Shown piece by piece: positions 1 to 9,865 of a DNA stretch of 27,730 bases. The translations under genes and the position numbers were made by a program. The DNA is from a virus: the UHGV virus genome UHGV-0278671; one strand, given 5' to 3'. The notes beneath the pieces were generated by a model, which did no database searches, was not told where the DNA came from, and saw only the letters and a list, made by a program, of their open reading frames with translations. How positions within the stretch are numbered: position 1 is the first letter of the stretch; each line of letters opens with the position of its first letter.

Positions 1-89
1 CTGTGTAGTACGCCGTCTGCGTTTCTCCGGTCCTAAGACATCAATCATCTGCTCTCCAATGACTAGTCTAAAAACTAGTATTAAGACTA

Positions 90-335
90 TCACTTATTTA
101 AGTGATATTGGTTGTCTGGAGATTCATGGGGCCAGTCTACTGCTCTATCAGTTATATCTTTCCCTTCATATACTTCACCTATATTGCTAATGCTGGCAGA
201 ACATCCAAGATGCTTGTATCTTATGATGTCCAACACGCAGTCACTACACAGCATCCGACCTGTTTCTTTAGAGTAAATGTATGTTTGATCAGCGTCTGAT
301 TCGCTAATGCCGCAGAAACAACATTCTTTACTCAT
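90..335 (-). CDS. Hypothetical zinc-ribbon protein (CCFCG...CSDC), sits where P22 has the antirepressor
   Basis: 81-aa ORF; ATG overlaps the stop of the upstream Arc-like ORF (ATGA), suggesting translational coupling; four Cys in a CxxC...CxxC arrangement. Function not recognised. Confidence 0.45.
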   Translation of the reverse strand: MSKECCFCGISESDADQTYIYSKETGRMLCSDCVLDIIRYKHLGCSASISNIGEVYEGKDITDRAVDWPHESPDNQYHLNK

Positions 336-472
336 ACCGTTATCCCCTCTCTCTTCAGGCTGTCCATCACCCGTTTAATTACTTCTGCACTAAATGAGCG
401 ACACTCTTCCTTTGCTTTCTCTTCAAGGATTTTTTCTAACTTCTCTGGCATACGCAGTGTTTTTACCTTCAT
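332..472 (-). CDS. arc: Arc-like ribbon-helix-helix repressor (46 aa, below the ORF-track size cutoff)
   Basis: Translation MKVKTLRMPEKLEKILEEKAKEECRSFSAEVIKRVMDSLKREGITV resembles P22 Arc as remembered; GGAGG Shine-Dalgarno 5 nt upstream of the ATG; divergent from the Mnt-like gene. Confidence 0.55.
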   Translation of the reverse strand: MKVKTLRMPEKLEKILEEKAKEECRSFSAEVIKRVMDSLKREGITV

Positions 473-502
473 TGCATCCTCCGTTGTATGTGGTACGCAT
501 AC

Positions 503-541
503 ATAGTATTTAGGTACGTATTGATAGTCAATAGATACCTA
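503..541 (-). promoter_or_regulatory. Promoter and palindromic operator of the arc-like operon
   Basis: Minus strand: -35 TTGACT (526-531), 17-nt spacer, -10 TACTAT (503-508). Near-perfect 31-bp palindrome taggtacgtattgaTagtcaatagataccta (511-541) overlaps the -35. Confidence 0.4.
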
Positions 542-577
542 CATATCCTGTGGTAAAAAATTATTCAGGATGTGCCG

Positions 578-826
578 ATGTCTGATCGTAAGTACAAAAA
601 CCCTCAAGTGAATCTGAGGCTTCCTGTAGAGATAAAGGAACGTCTTATTGAACTGGCTGAGGCTAATTCTCGTTCATTAAATGCTGAGATGGTCGCGGCA
701 CTTGAAGCGTGGACCGAAAAAAATAAACACATTCAAGCACTAGACCTTGCAACTATAGCATCACGATTGATAGATCTTGAACACGATGTTGAGACGCTAA
801 AGACCATGTATGGTAAGGATAAATAA
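578..826 (+). CDS. mnt: Mnt-like ribbon-helix-helix repressor
   Basis: NPQVNLRLPVEIKERLIELAEANSRSLNAEMVAAL aligns with P22 Mnt (FNFRMPMEVREKLKFRAEANGRSMNSELLQIV, from memory); AGGA 7 nt before ATG 578; ORF track begins at an in-frame GTG at 572. Confidence 0.7.
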   Translation: MSDRKYKNPQVNLRLPVEIKERLIELAEANSRSLNAEMVAALEAWTEKNKHIQALDLATIASRLIDLEHDVETLKTMYGKDK

Positions 827-828
827 AT

Positions 829-1107
829 ATGACAGATACCAAAGTGAACTTCAGAGAAACCATCTTCAAGGACTCAAGTGATGCTGTAAATGAGTATGCT
901 GATGGATTTGCTTACTCGTCTTTTGGGGATGTCGGAGCAAGATTTGGTTCAATAGCATTTTTTAAGCATGTTTCAGACTGGGTTAATAATGAGGAGATTC
1001 AGCCAGTTAGATACCAAATTGCCAACATTCGCATGAGTGAAAATCAACTTCTTGAACTGGCTAAGTATATAGTTTCTCAACACGAAGAATCAAAAAAATT
1101 AAGCTGA
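829..1107 (+). CDS. Hypothetical protein (92 aa), first gene downstream of mnt-like
   Basis: ORF starts 2 nt after the mnt stop; no recognisable motif. Confidence 0.45.
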   Translation: MTDTKVNFRETIFKDSSDAVNEYADGFAYSSFGDVGARFGSIAFFKHVSDWVNNEEIQPVRYQIANIRMSENQLLELAKYIVSQHEESKKLS

Positions 1108-1297
1108 CAGAGCCATGATTACTTTTCCTGCCGTAAATGCTGATCATGCAGCGGAGAAAAAGAGAACACTTGGTCGTATGGGGTCGACAGGTGGCTTCGG
1201 AGAAAAGTCCAATGCTTCGCCTCCAGTTACCAAGAATGATATAACCAAAAACAATAATATCGCTTATCTTGGAAAACAATACACTGAGGAGCATGCT

Positions 1298-1675
1298 ATG
1301 GGCAGCCCATCAAGAGAAGAGATTGACGCGAAGCTTGGTCAAAACAAAGCAGAAATTGAGTTAATATCTGCTAACATGCGCGCTGAAATTTCAGCTTTCA
1401 GAGAATTCCAATCTAAGCAATTTACAGCTATGAATCAGTCACTTAATGAAATTAAGGGACAGATATTCGCTAGCAATGGCGAAGTTGCAGGGCTCAAAGG
1501 TCAAATTGATGGCATTAAAACATCCATGACCGCGACCCAATGGCTCGTTGGTGCGGTTCTCGCTATGCTTGCGGTAATCATAACGCTTCCGCAGATTCAA
1601 TCTTACTTCAAGGTTTCTGAGCCGACTGCGAAGGAAGCCGCTAGTGAAACCCATGATACCAAAATAAAGCAGTGA
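1298..1675 (+). CDS. Membrane-anchored coiled-coil protein (XhlA-like architecture)
   Basis: GAGGA 8 nt before ATG 1298 (ORF track extends to 1115 through low-complexity sequence); heptad-like N-terminal region then a hydrophobic helix WLVGAVLAMLAVIITLP. Confidence 0.45.
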   Translation: MGSPSREEIDAKLGQNKAEIELISANMRAEISAFREFQSKQFTAMNQSLNEIKGQIFASNGEVAGLKGQIDGIKTSMTATQWLVGAVLAMLAVIITLPQIQSYFKVSEPTAKEAASETHDTKIKQ

Positions 1676-1703
1676 TCTTACCAATAAAACCAGGGAGGAC
1701 AAC

Positions 1704-1931
1704 ATGAAGCAATGGCTCATCATAATTGCTGTTTTTTTGCTCATTTACACTATTTTCCCAGCATTAAAAGCACCAATGCAAATAATTTCACTAGCAATAA
1801 TTGCGATTAGTGCTTTCATTGCAGTAGCCGTACTTGTGTTTAAGGTTTTAAAGTTTTTAGTTTGGCTATCAAAAGATGATGGATGCAAAGTTCATCAAGA
1901 AAAAGAAGGCAAAATAACCAAAGTTGACTAA
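1704..1931 (+). CDS. Small two-transmembrane protein with charged C-terminus (holin-like topology)
   Basis: GGAGG 5 nt before ATG; two hydrophobic helices (LIIIAVFLLIYTIF and IISLAIIAISAFIAVAVLVF) followed by a KDDGCKVHQEKEGK tail. Confidence 0.5.
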   Translation: MKQWLIIIAVFLLIYTIFPALKAPMQIISLAIIAISAFIAVAVLVFKVLKFLVWLSKDDGCKVHQEKEGKITKVD

Positions 1932-4051
1932 CTGTCACTAGCGAGCCATGTAATAATCCCCGTGCGGGCAATGGTTTTTGCTTCATCTGTTGATAAGGTT
2001 TTCTCCCATCTCTTAAATGCCCCAGATTGCATCAGTTTCCTTTCTATTACGCGTCTCACTTCTGCTCTGTCTACTGGTGCGTTTTGCAGGCGAAATAGCA
2101 TTGATTTAAACTCAGGAGAAGACAGTAGAGCATCAGCAGCCTTTATCCTGCTTGTTTTCCCTGACATCAATGCGGACGTTATCACCCCTGTTGCACCTAC
2201 ACCAGGAAGACCAGATAAGCTTGTAACACCTTCCGCCGCAGCAGCTTTTGAGGCTATTCCATAAATTTTTGCTAGACTACCCTTTTCCTTCAGAAAGTTA
2301 TTAACTTGCTGATCCACAAGGCTGCTAGCATACTGCTTACCAGTATTGAGTCTATTCATAGCCTTGGCTGCTTGATAAATCGTATCAAGGCGCTTTGATG
2401 CATCTGTGCCAATAGCATCACGGAGAGCCTTCATATTGGCCCCATTGCGTGACATTCCGTTATACCATTTTACAAATCCATCAACCCCTAATTGCTGACC
2501 TGGTGATTTAGCATAGCTGGTAAATGCTTTATTCATTGAGGTGAGAGCAACTTCCTGCCGCATATCCTTTGGAATCGACTTCATTAATTGCCTAAAGTCG
2601 CCACCGTTTCCTTTTGCCATATTAACAACGGCACTTTCAACTTTTGGAATTGCTGATTGCTGAAGTTTTCTACCCAAGACGGTTACAGCATCATCTTCAA
2701 TGGATTTTCGTTTTTTTACCAACTCCTTACCAAGCGTCCATAACTCCCCTGCGCCATATTTTTCTGCGACAGCCTGTTGGTCATCTGTTATGGCTGCATA
2801 TAACTTTTTAAGAACACCTGTTTCTTCATCCTTGAATGGGCCAGAGCCTTTGCCAATAGCTTGCCCCACCTGCTTTCTAGCGAGATCTAAACGCCCATAC
2901 GTTGGCAAGGTGTTTGGATCAAGTCGGTTCAATGTCCGCTTCATTATTGGAGATAATTCATCAATTCCCCCTATGTCATCAGCAAAATCCTCTAAAAAAT
3001 TCAACGTATTAGTTGCCTCAATCCGGTCTCTTACCGGAACCTTTTCGGCAATTTTGTTGTAGATGTTATCTGACTGATTTTGTAATGATGAAATGGTTTT
3101 ATCAAAATTATCTGCAAGCCTGTCAGAAACCAGTTGCTTATCAAGGCTTCCCCCAAATGAAGTTATCATTTCATCAGCTTTTCTTCCTAATTCAGTAATA
3201 AAACGCTTATGCGCCTCACTAATCTCCGTTCCAGGAAGACTTGCCACTGCATTATCAAGAGCCCTGACAGCAGGATTATTAGAGATCATGCCTGGAGTGG
3301 CATAATTTTCCAGTTCTAGCTCACGGATGGCATTTATCGCGTTAAAATCAGGATTAACTTCATCGGCGAAACCTTGAATAGCTCGTTGCCCGCCAATAAA
3401 TTTATTATCCATTGCGCCAGCAGCTTTCTTTAACGTTGCTTTAGATGATTTACTACCCATCCCTACGGATGAGCGATAAATATCTCCGGCACTATTTTTA
3501 ATTTTTCCTGCAATCTTCCCAAGCGCTGGACCAACAATCTCTGCTACAGGGCCAGCCACAGCGCCAATAGCAGCGCCGGAAGCAACATCGCTATTTGTTC
3601 CATTGGCTACAATAGCCCCTTCTCCAGCACCAAGCCCTGCGGCGGCAGCCAGCCTTGCCGCCCCTTTCGGAACCTGAGAAATAATCCCACCACCACTAAC
3701 AAATGGCGCTGCTTGTCCAACGAACTCACCAACATCTTGTGCGGTTGATGGTTTTGCCGCTAACTTCTGCTGTAGAGACTGAATTGCGGCTTGCTCTTCT
3801 GGTGTCATATCCTGAAATAGACCAACACCTTTACCAACATCCATCAATCCACTGAGAACGCCATACATAAAACGGTCGAAACCGTTAGCATTATTAACAA
3901 CATTTTCCTGTCTGGAATTTTCCTCTGGTGAAACCAAAGGTGATTGCTGCTGCTCTGGTTGGGAATCAAGCACAAAACCATCAGGAAGCTGTGAGTTATC
4001 AGGCTGATTATCGAGAACAAATCCTTCGGGTAAACCTACATCGGTTGCCAT
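1928..4051 (-). CDS. Putative DNA injection/ejection protein (P22 gp16 position), 707 aa
   Basis: Last large gene of the late operon; N-terminal tandem LP(E/D)GFVLD(N/S)QP repeats and Ala/Gly-rich stretches; assignment is by position in the P22-like gene order. Confidence 0.5.
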   Translation of the reverse strand: MATDVGLPEGFVLDNQPDNSQLPDGFVLDSQPEQQQSPLVSPEENSRQENVVNNANGFDRFMYGVLSGLMDVGKGVGLFQDMTPEEQAAIQSLQQKLAAKPSTAQDVGEFVGQAAPFVSGGGIISQVPKGAARLAAAAGLGAGEGAIVANGTNSDVASGAAIGAVAGPVAEIVGPALGKIAGKIKNSAGDIYRSSVGMGSKSSKATLKKAAGAMDNKFIGGQRAIQGFADEVNPDFNAINAIRELELENYATPGMISNNPAVRALDNAVASLPGTEISEAHKRFITELGRKADEMITSFGGSLDKQLVSDRLADNFDKTISSLQNQSDNIYNKIAEKVPVRDRIEATNTLNFLEDFADDIGGIDELSPIMKRTLNRLDPNTLPTYGRLDLARKQVGQAIGKGSGPFKDEETGVLKKLYAAITDDQQAVAEKYGAGELWTLGKELVKKRKSIEDDAVTVLGRKLQQSAIPKVESAVVNMAKGNGGDFRQLMKSIPKDMRQEVALTSMNKAFTSYAKSPGQQLGVDGFVKWYNGMSRNGANMKALRDAIGTDASKRLDTIYQAAKAMNRLNTGKQYASSLVDQQVNNFLKEKGSLAKIYGIASKAAAAEGVTSLSGLPGVGATGVITSALMSGKTSRIKAADALLSSPEFKSMLFRLQNAPVDRAEVRRVIERKLMQSGAFKRWEKTLSTDEAKTIARTGIITWLASDS

Positions 4052-5379
4052 TGTCCGTTCCTATAAATGAGTTTCTGACCAGTTTTAGGGTTCGTTGCCG
4101 TCGCGCCTTCTGATATCCCACTTGGCGCAGCTTTTGTCTGCCCATTACCACCTTGTGGTGTAGGCTGCGCTGTGACATCGTCAAATAGCTTGGCCTTCCT
4201 TCTCCCTAAGCTTTTTTTCAGCCCTTGAGGAATAGTATCTCCATACGTATCCAGATATTCGTCTACCTGCTGGTTAAACTGCTGCCCCATAGCGTTGGCG
4301 TTAATTTTGGCTGCGTTAACAATGTTATCCCTCGCTTCCTGTGACAAGCCATTCCCTGCATTAAGCTGGTCTACATATCCTTTTATCTGCCCCCATATGC
4401 CATCAGAGCGCATGACCTGAACCTGTTCACCTTCGCGAACAACTGACTGAGGGTCGAGAGACTTCATGTAATTAAAGATAATCCCAAGTTGGGCAGCGCC
4501 AGTATTTACCTTGCTAAGGGCTTGCAGAGAGTTTGCCGCCGCTCTGACAGAGTTATAATTTTTGCCAAAATTGGTAATGTCAGAATTTAATCCCTTAATT
4601 AAGTCTGCTGACGGCTTACCTTTTTGCCCCAGCTCCATTAGCTTCACCCCCATCTCATCTGAGTGCATTTGTGCCCGCTGAGCCCTGTCTAGTTGAGCGT
4701 TTTGGATATTTGCCCATCCTCTCACGTTCTCCATGTCAGCCTGACGGATGCTTTCATCCAATCGCCCTTTCTCTAGTTGGCGACCAACCATCTTATCCTG
4801 ATAATCCAGCATTTTATCAGGACCAACAGCCCCTAGCGTCATAGTAGTCAGCATGTGTGATAGCTGCTCTGGATTCTGGATACCTGTCTGAATCATCCAG
4901 TCAGCATTAGCACCAACGCGATTTAACCTGTCCTTGTTGTCAGTAATGAATTTACTGTAGGCTTCCGGTCCCTGAGAAAGAGCGACGTTAGCCCTCATGG
5001 CTAAATCGCCCATATCGTTGCGTTGCTGCTCATTAAGACCGGAAAACGCCTGTTGTGCCTGTGCAACAAACGCTGGATTTTCCTTGGCAAACTTAAATAG
5101 TCCCGATGGATCACCAGAAGCCCATGCATCAGCGTGAACCTTATTGAACGCACTAATCGCTTTCTGTTGCTGTTCCTGATTGTAAATATCAGCAACTCCA
5201 GCCAGACCACGTAACGCGGTCAGACCAACGTTATTTGCACCTGAGCGAGCCAACTCATTGTTTTCGCGGATCAGACCAAGCGTTGCGTTAATGTCGCTTG
5301 CCTTTGGCGCATTCTCATTTTGCGTACCGATGCCAGCCAGAAAACCACCAGAATTAATACCCTGTTGCCAAGTAGCCAT
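4036..5379 (-). CDS. Putative DNA injection/ejection protein (P22 gp20 position), 447 aa
   Basis: Follows the tail-needle gene; Gln/Asn/Ala-rich like internal ejection proteins; positional inference. Confidence 0.5.
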   Translation of the reverse strand: MATWQQGINSGGFLAGIGTQNENAPKASDINATLGLIRENNELARSGANNVGLTALRGLAGVADIYNQEQQQKAISAFNKVHADAWASGDPSGLFKFAKENPAFVAQAQQAFSGLNEQQRNDMGDLAMRANVALSQGPEAYSKFITDNKDRLNRVGANADWMIQTGIQNPEQLSHMLTTMTLGAVGPDKMLDYQDKMVGRQLEKGRLDESIRQADMENVRGWANIQNAQLDRAQRAQMHSDEMGVKLMELGQKGKPSADLIKGLNSDITNFGKNYNSVRAAANSLQALSKVNTGAAQLGIIFNYMKSLDPQSVVREGEQVQVMRSDGIWGQIKGYVDQLNAGNGLSQEARDNIVNAAKINANAMGQQFNQQVDEYLDTYGDTIPQGLKKSLGRRKAKLFDDVTAQPTPQGGNGQTKAAPSGISEGATATNPKTGQKLIYRNGQWQPM

Positions 5380-5389
5380 TGATTACCCC

Positions 5390-5764
5390 TTAAAACAGCG
5401 AACCAAGCAGACCAAGACCAGCACCGATAACCTCATCCAGCAAGTAATCAACATCGCTACGCAGTACGACTATCTTCCCTTCGGCAGTTGTTAACCTGAC
5501 CTCAAGTAGATTTATCGCTTTTGTGTTTGCGGTGATTCTTGCGTCGTGATCAGCCAGTTCGACATCCTGTTCATCGTTTTTCACCTGAGCATCGTAAGCG
5601 CCCTGACCAGCCTGATTTGCCTTCCCGGCAATTGCGCCGACATCAGCCCCCTGATTAATGACATACAGCAGGTAAGACTGGCTGAATATATTGCGTGGCA
5701 AAATTGAAGCATCAAGCCGCGTAGCCTGAACCACAACAGGTGTATTGAGATTCGAATCAGCCAT
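5390..5764 (-). CDS. Tail needle protein (P22 gp26-like), unusually short at 124 aa
   Basis: [73 protein letters not shown] matches the P22 gp26 N-terminus as remembered; start is the internal ATG at 5764 overlapping the gp10 stop. Confidence 0.6.
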   Translation of the reverse strand: MADSNLNTPVVVQATRLDASILPRNIFSQSYLLYVINQGADVGAIAGKANQAGQGAYDAQVKNDEQDVELADHDARITANTKAINLLEVRLTTAEGKIVVLRSDVDYLLDEVIGAGLGLLGSLF

Positions 5765-6754
5765 TACTCGATCCTTATCTGGCAGCCTGACAGAGTGACA
5801 GGTGACTTCGTGATAACGCGCAATCTGAAGCCGACATTTTTCCTGATGCGCCCGACACGCTTCCACAAAACGCGCTTGTCGTAAACGAACGGTTCATTCT
5901 GCTCAATCATCTGCTCACGACCGTAATTGATGCCGTCAGTGGTTGCAGAGAGAAAAAGTCGGTCAGCATACTGCGCAACGCCAGTTGACGATTCAACTTC
6001 AAGGTCGAAAACTCTGGCGTTATCCGCTTTGAACAACGGAGTAAACAGCAGGTGTTCCTGCTGCTTGTCGTACTGGCTGCTGATATCGAACTGCAATTTC
6101 CCGGTAACAGATTCCAGCTTATCGCCGCACGTTATCTGATTGCCTTCGTAAATGAAGTCGATAGCGCGGTACACATCGTCATACAAGCCAGTTTTCAACA
6201 CACACCATTGCGGACCATTGGCGCTTGAAGATGCGTCGTACACGAGGACATGATGCGGAAGGTGGATAATCAGCAACTCATGAGCATCAAATCGCAGAGA
6301 CTCCATCACGCCATCAGCCAGTTCATCAGCAGTGTAGGAGCGGAGGATTTTCTCAATGCTCGCGCTGGCGATTGGTGACACCTGACCGGAGCCGATGATG
6401 TATACAGACGGCGCACCTGTTGCCGGATTGCTGATGAACGCATAAGAATCAGCGAATGGCGTTTTGCAGTACACGACCACTTCCGGCAACATCACCGACT
6501 TCACTTTCTCCTTTGTACAGCTTGCCGCCACACACGCGATAAACAGCACTCTGCGCCATGTTGTACTCAACTCCGCGCGATACGCCGTTCACATCAGAAC
6601 GTTTGGCAATGCCCGGGAATGAGCGAAGATATCCGCTGCTGTTCAGGATTTCTTTGGGTGTAGCCAACATATTCACTGGCAGATAGTCGATATAGTCGGC
6701 GTTTCTAAAGTCTTTGCCGACACCTTTCATAAGCGGAAGTTGCTGAATCGGCAT
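5764..6754 (-). pseudogene. P22 gp10-like tail accessory gene, disrupted by an internal deletion and frameshift
   Basis: 6449..6754 encodes a gp10-like N-terminus (MPIQQLPLMKGVGKDFRNADYIDYLPVNMLATPKE...); 5764..6570 encodes a gp10-like C-terminus from YCKTPFADSYAFISNPATGAPSVYIIGSG in another frame; junction near 6470, about 130 codons missing. Confidence 0.6.
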
Positions 6755-6763
6755 TTATTCACC

Positions 6764-7225
6764 TCACGTACTCGGATCATCTTTCTCGATGTAAAACCGA
6801 TTCCACGTAAACGCGCTTTTGTTACCACTACCGCGAGGCATATCATTTCGCCGCTCAAGTGGTGGTATTTTGGTTAAAGCGATACAGATTGTTTGATATG
6901 CACTGTCAGCAGCGGTAAGGAGAGCGTCTGACGGCTGAATGACGTTATCCATGCACACTTGCACAGCGAGTTTCAAAGCGACGCCATCATTTGCCCATGC
7001 AGGGATACCTGAATCATCGTCAGGTAACGGCATGATGCCGTTTTCTGTATCAGCAAACTGATACCCAAGCTCGATACCTTTCGCCTGCCATGCTGCCATC
7101 ATGTCTTCGAGGTCATTAATGGCATCTTCAATTGCCTGAGGGTCAGCATCTGTCAACGTGGCATTGGAATACAGCCCGGCTTTTCGTAAAGCCTTTAGAA
7201 CGAGATCACCCTTCGTTTTCGCCAT
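6764..7225 (-). CDS. Head completion/tail accessory protein (P22 gp4-like)
   Basis: MAKTKGDLVLKALRKAGLYSNATLTDADPQAIEDAINDLEDMMAAW resembles P22 gp4 as remembered. Confidence 0.7.
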   Translation of the reverse strand: MAKTKGDLVLKALRKAGLYSNATLTDADPQAIEDAINDLEDMMAAWQAKGIELGYQFADTENGIMPLPDDDSGIPAWANDGVALKLAVQVCMDNVIQPSDALLTAADSAYQTICIALTKIPPLERRNDMPRGSGNKSAFTWNRFYIEKDDPST

Positions 7226-7394
7226 CTTCTTCCGCCTTAGCCACTTTTTGCTTCGTTGCGGTTTCTTCAGGAGTTTTTACCCAACCTTTTTTCAGGTGAG
7301 ATTTAACTTCTTCGTCATCAACAATGATGTAATCGACAGCAAACTGACCACAGGTGATCATGTTGCCAGGCTTATAGAGCATTGTTCGTGCCAT
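7206..7394 (-). CDS. Small hypothetical protein (62 aa)
   Basis: GGGAG 6 nt before the internal ATG at 7394; ORF track extends to 7433. Confidence 0.35.
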   Translation of the reverse strand: MARTMLYKPGNMITCGQFAVDYIIVDDEEVKSHLKKGWVKTPEETATKQKVAKAEEDGENEG

Positions 7395-7406
7395 TATCTT
7401 CTCCCA

Positions 7407-7430
7407 ATAAAAATGGGGCCGAAGCCCCAC
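7407..7430 (-). terminator. Rho-independent terminator after the coat gene
   Basis: On the minus strand: GGGGC-UUCG-GCCCC hairpin followed by AUUUUUAUU, directly after the coat stop. Confidence 0.5.
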
Positions 7431-7435
7431 CAAAA

Positions 7436-8527
7436 TTACTGCCCGGCAATAACGATGCCCGTATATTCAGGAACAAGTACAGAGCAACCGTACAGGGTGG
7501 TGAAACGCGCAGTGGTTACACCTTTGATGTGGTCGAAGGCGTAAGACATGATCAGCGTAGCGCCCTGCTCGGTGGTTGCTGTCATTACCTGTGGACCCTG
7601 ACCAGTCGGGAACGCCAGCTTGCCGTACATCAGTTCAACAGAACCATCAGCCCAGAACAGGTTAGCCGGTGCGGCATTTTTGTTGAGAATGGTGATTGCT
7701 GCGCCACTTGCCGCATTAGCATCAACGTTTGCATATGGTCGGCTGGCGACATCCGCGTTGTCAGGCGGCAGAATTTTCGGTGAGATAGTTACTGTCGTTC
7801 CGCTTACTGCCAGAACGCGGAATACCTGCGGCTGCCCGGTGGTATCTTTGGTGATCTGGTGTACAGAATTCACCCCTGCGATGGTAAACGCATCGCCAAC
7901 CTGCAAACCTTCAGCAGATACCGTAATGGTCCCCTGTCGGTTATCCACTGGCATATCGTTAGCATCTTTGGCTTCAACCTTGTGCGCAGGTGCTGCTGCC
8001 AGCGTAATGGAAGTTGCTATACCCTTCGGAACACGACCAGAAATATCGGTCTTGTAGCTATCGAAGGACGCAACCGGAGGGATTTGCGCTTTTTCGTATG
8101 CTGTCAGGGTTGTGCCCTGAGCATAGGCACGGTGACCAAGCTCGCCAGCAAGGTCTTTGTAGTTGAAGGGGTTCCAGAAAGAGCGACGGTTGATACCCTG
8201 AGGTACACCAATCGCCGTCATGGTGGCATCAATACCTGCCGCACAGTTCCACAAATCACGGCCCTGTGAACCTGTGGTTGAGTCAGCCATCGTGATCACG
8301 TTAGTAGCACGCTGCGTAACCATGGAAATCAGGTCAGAGTCAATCTGTGCAGCAAGGCGCATACCTGCGGCGCGACCAGCTTCAGTTTTATGTTCCGGGT
8401 CACGCATTTCACGCGCATCCAGAGTGTACAGAATGTTTTTCGGCTCCTTGAACACAGAAGGAACAAGGCGCTGAACCAGTGCTGTTGGCGTTTTGCCGCT
8501 GAGGTCTAGGCCTTCCTCAATGTTCAT
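7436..8527 (-). CDS. P22-like major coat protein, probably missing its N-terminal ~50 residues
   Basis: FWNPFNYKDLAGELG, RPYANVDAN and LFWADGSVEL resemble P22 gp5 segments (from memory); the ORF begins where P22 coat residue ~55 aligns. Confidence 0.6.
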   Translation of the reverse strand: MNIEEGLDLSGKTPTALVQRLVPSVFKEPKNILYTLDAREMRDPEHKTEAGRAAGMRLAAQIDSDLISMVTQRATNVITMADSTTGSQGRDLWNCAAGIDATMTAIGVPQGINRRSFWNPFNYKDLAGELGHRAYAQGTTLTAYEKAQIPPVASFDSYKTDISGRVPKGIATSITLAAAPAHKVEAKDANDMPVDNRQGTITVSAEGLQVGDAFTIAGVNSVHQITKDTTGQPQVFRVLAVSGTTVTISPKILPPDNADVASRPYANVDANAASGAAITILNKNAAPANLFWADGSVELMYGKLAFPTGQGPQVMTATTEQGATLIMSYAFDHIKGVTTARFTTLYGCSVLVPEYTGIVIAGQ

Positions 8528-9864
8528 GTGGTAGCGACGTTGCTCGGCATGTTCTCAAGCTGCGACGCACCTGTAATTTGCTGAATAGCCGTTCCGGTGT
8601 ACTGCAATAGCCCAGCAAGAGCAGGAGGCATTTGTGTCGGAGGTGTCCAGCCAGCAACCTGAGCCTCTGAAATGACCGTTCCGTTTTTGTCCTTCTTGCT
8701 GGTCATGGGAAGAACTGCAGGTCTTTTCTTATTCCTCTCTGCCCAGTGATTCATTAATGGACCGGGAATGAAATCAACATCCACGATAGGAATGCCATCG
8801 CCGCCAGCCTGAGTAGCGTTATCTGCAATCATGGAAACCATCAGGTTCTCAAGACGCTGTGCATCCATCGCTTTTGCTGCGTGGCCTTCGATTCGCTCCT
8901 GATTATCAACAAATGAACGACGCCCATATACCGGGATGAGAGGAATATGTTCGCCCGGAATACGCTTCGGTTCTTCCAGCCATTCAGCGCCAGACAGAAG
9001 ACCGCAATAAACTCGGCGTTTCTTCACCGTTCGCTCGCCAATCAGTTCGAATGCACCATCGGTCAGCTCGTCGACAATATCTTTGATTTGCTCTTCATCA
9101 TAGATTGCCGTTTCTCCGCTGACAGGGTTACGCCATGCTGTGAGCTTTACCTTCTCTATGCGGACTTCGTAGTAGCGTCCAACATAGATGGCGTCAGGCG
9201 TTGACCAGTCATACTGAGTACCAGTGTCATCACGAGAAAGGCTTGCCGCGATGGAATCAGGGTATTCAGCCTCGAACGCTTTAGGCGTCATGGAGAACAT
9301 TTCCATAGCCCACATGGCATCAGAGCGGTCATATTGCTTGCTGTCCTGATCGAAGAAGACGCATGTCGCCGGGTCGTAAACAGGAAGAAGGCTGATGCGT
9401 CGCTGCTCGTTACTCGGATCCATTTCATCTTCGTAATCAGCGCACATGCGGAAACAACCGAATCCGCCCGTTACAGCATCATCAAATGCGTTATCACACG
9501 CTTCGCCACCGGATGTTTCCTGATAATCAGCGCGGAATTTGCCGTTCATCTTTTCGGCTAACGCTTCCGATGCCTTGTCATCCTTCGGCCTGAATTTAAC
9601 GCTGATGCGATTCTGTCGATACTCGCCAATGATGCGATCACATTCACGGGCAATCTTATTCAGTTCAAAGCGCGGGTAATGCTCAAACCTGCCTTCATCA
9701 AATGAGTAACCAGCGTTTGTGCTGCCTTCCCACTGTGCGCCGGACACCCGGACGAAACGTTGAGCCTCAATAATCTGCTTACGCATATCCTGCGTTGCTG
9801 ACCAGGCATTATCAAAGTTGCACAGCACCTTGCGATGCCAGTCAGTCATCTTTTTTTCTGCCAT
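8524..9864 (-). CDS. Portal protein (P22 gp1-like), apparently C-terminally truncated (446 aa versus ~700)
   Basis: KKRRVYCGLLSGAEWLEEPKRIPGEHIPLIPVYG matches the P22 portal IKRRRVY...AGEHIPIVPVFG region as remembered; the ORF ends where crown/barrel domains would follow and abuts the coat gene with no scaffold gene between. Confidence 0.6.
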   Translation of the reverse strand: MAEKKMTDWHRKVLCNFDNAWSATQDMRKQIIEAQRFVRVSGAQWEGSTNAGYSFDEGRFEHYPRFELNKIARECDRIIGEYRQNRISVKFRPKDDKASEALAEKMNGKFRADYQETSGGEACDNAFDDAVTGGFGCFRMCADYEDEMDPSNEQRRISLLPVYDPATCVFFDQDSKQYDRSDAMWAMEMFSMTPKAFEAEYPDSIAASLSRDDTGTQYDWSTPDAIYVGRYYEVRIEKVKLTAWRNPVSGETAIYDEEQIKDIVDELTDGAFELIGERTVKKRRVYCGLLSGAEWLEEPKRIPGEHIPLIPVYGRRSFVDNQERIEGHAAKAMDAQRLENLMVSMIADNATQAGGDGIPIVDVDFIPGPLMNHWAERNKKRPAVLPMTSKKDKNGTVISEAQVAGWTPPTQMPPALAGLLQYTGTAIQQITGASQLENMPSNVATT

Positions 9865-9865
9865 A

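Noticed and set aside
1115-1297. N-terminal 61 codons of ORF 1115..1675
   Set aside because: Low-complexity, no ribosome-binding site at 1115, whereas ATG 1298 has a good GAGGA; the extension cannot be excluded.
1962-3305. Several 60-120 aa plus-strand ORFs inside the 707-aa injection protein gene
   Set aside because: Embedded antisense frames with no Shine-Dalgarno sequences; composition-driven.
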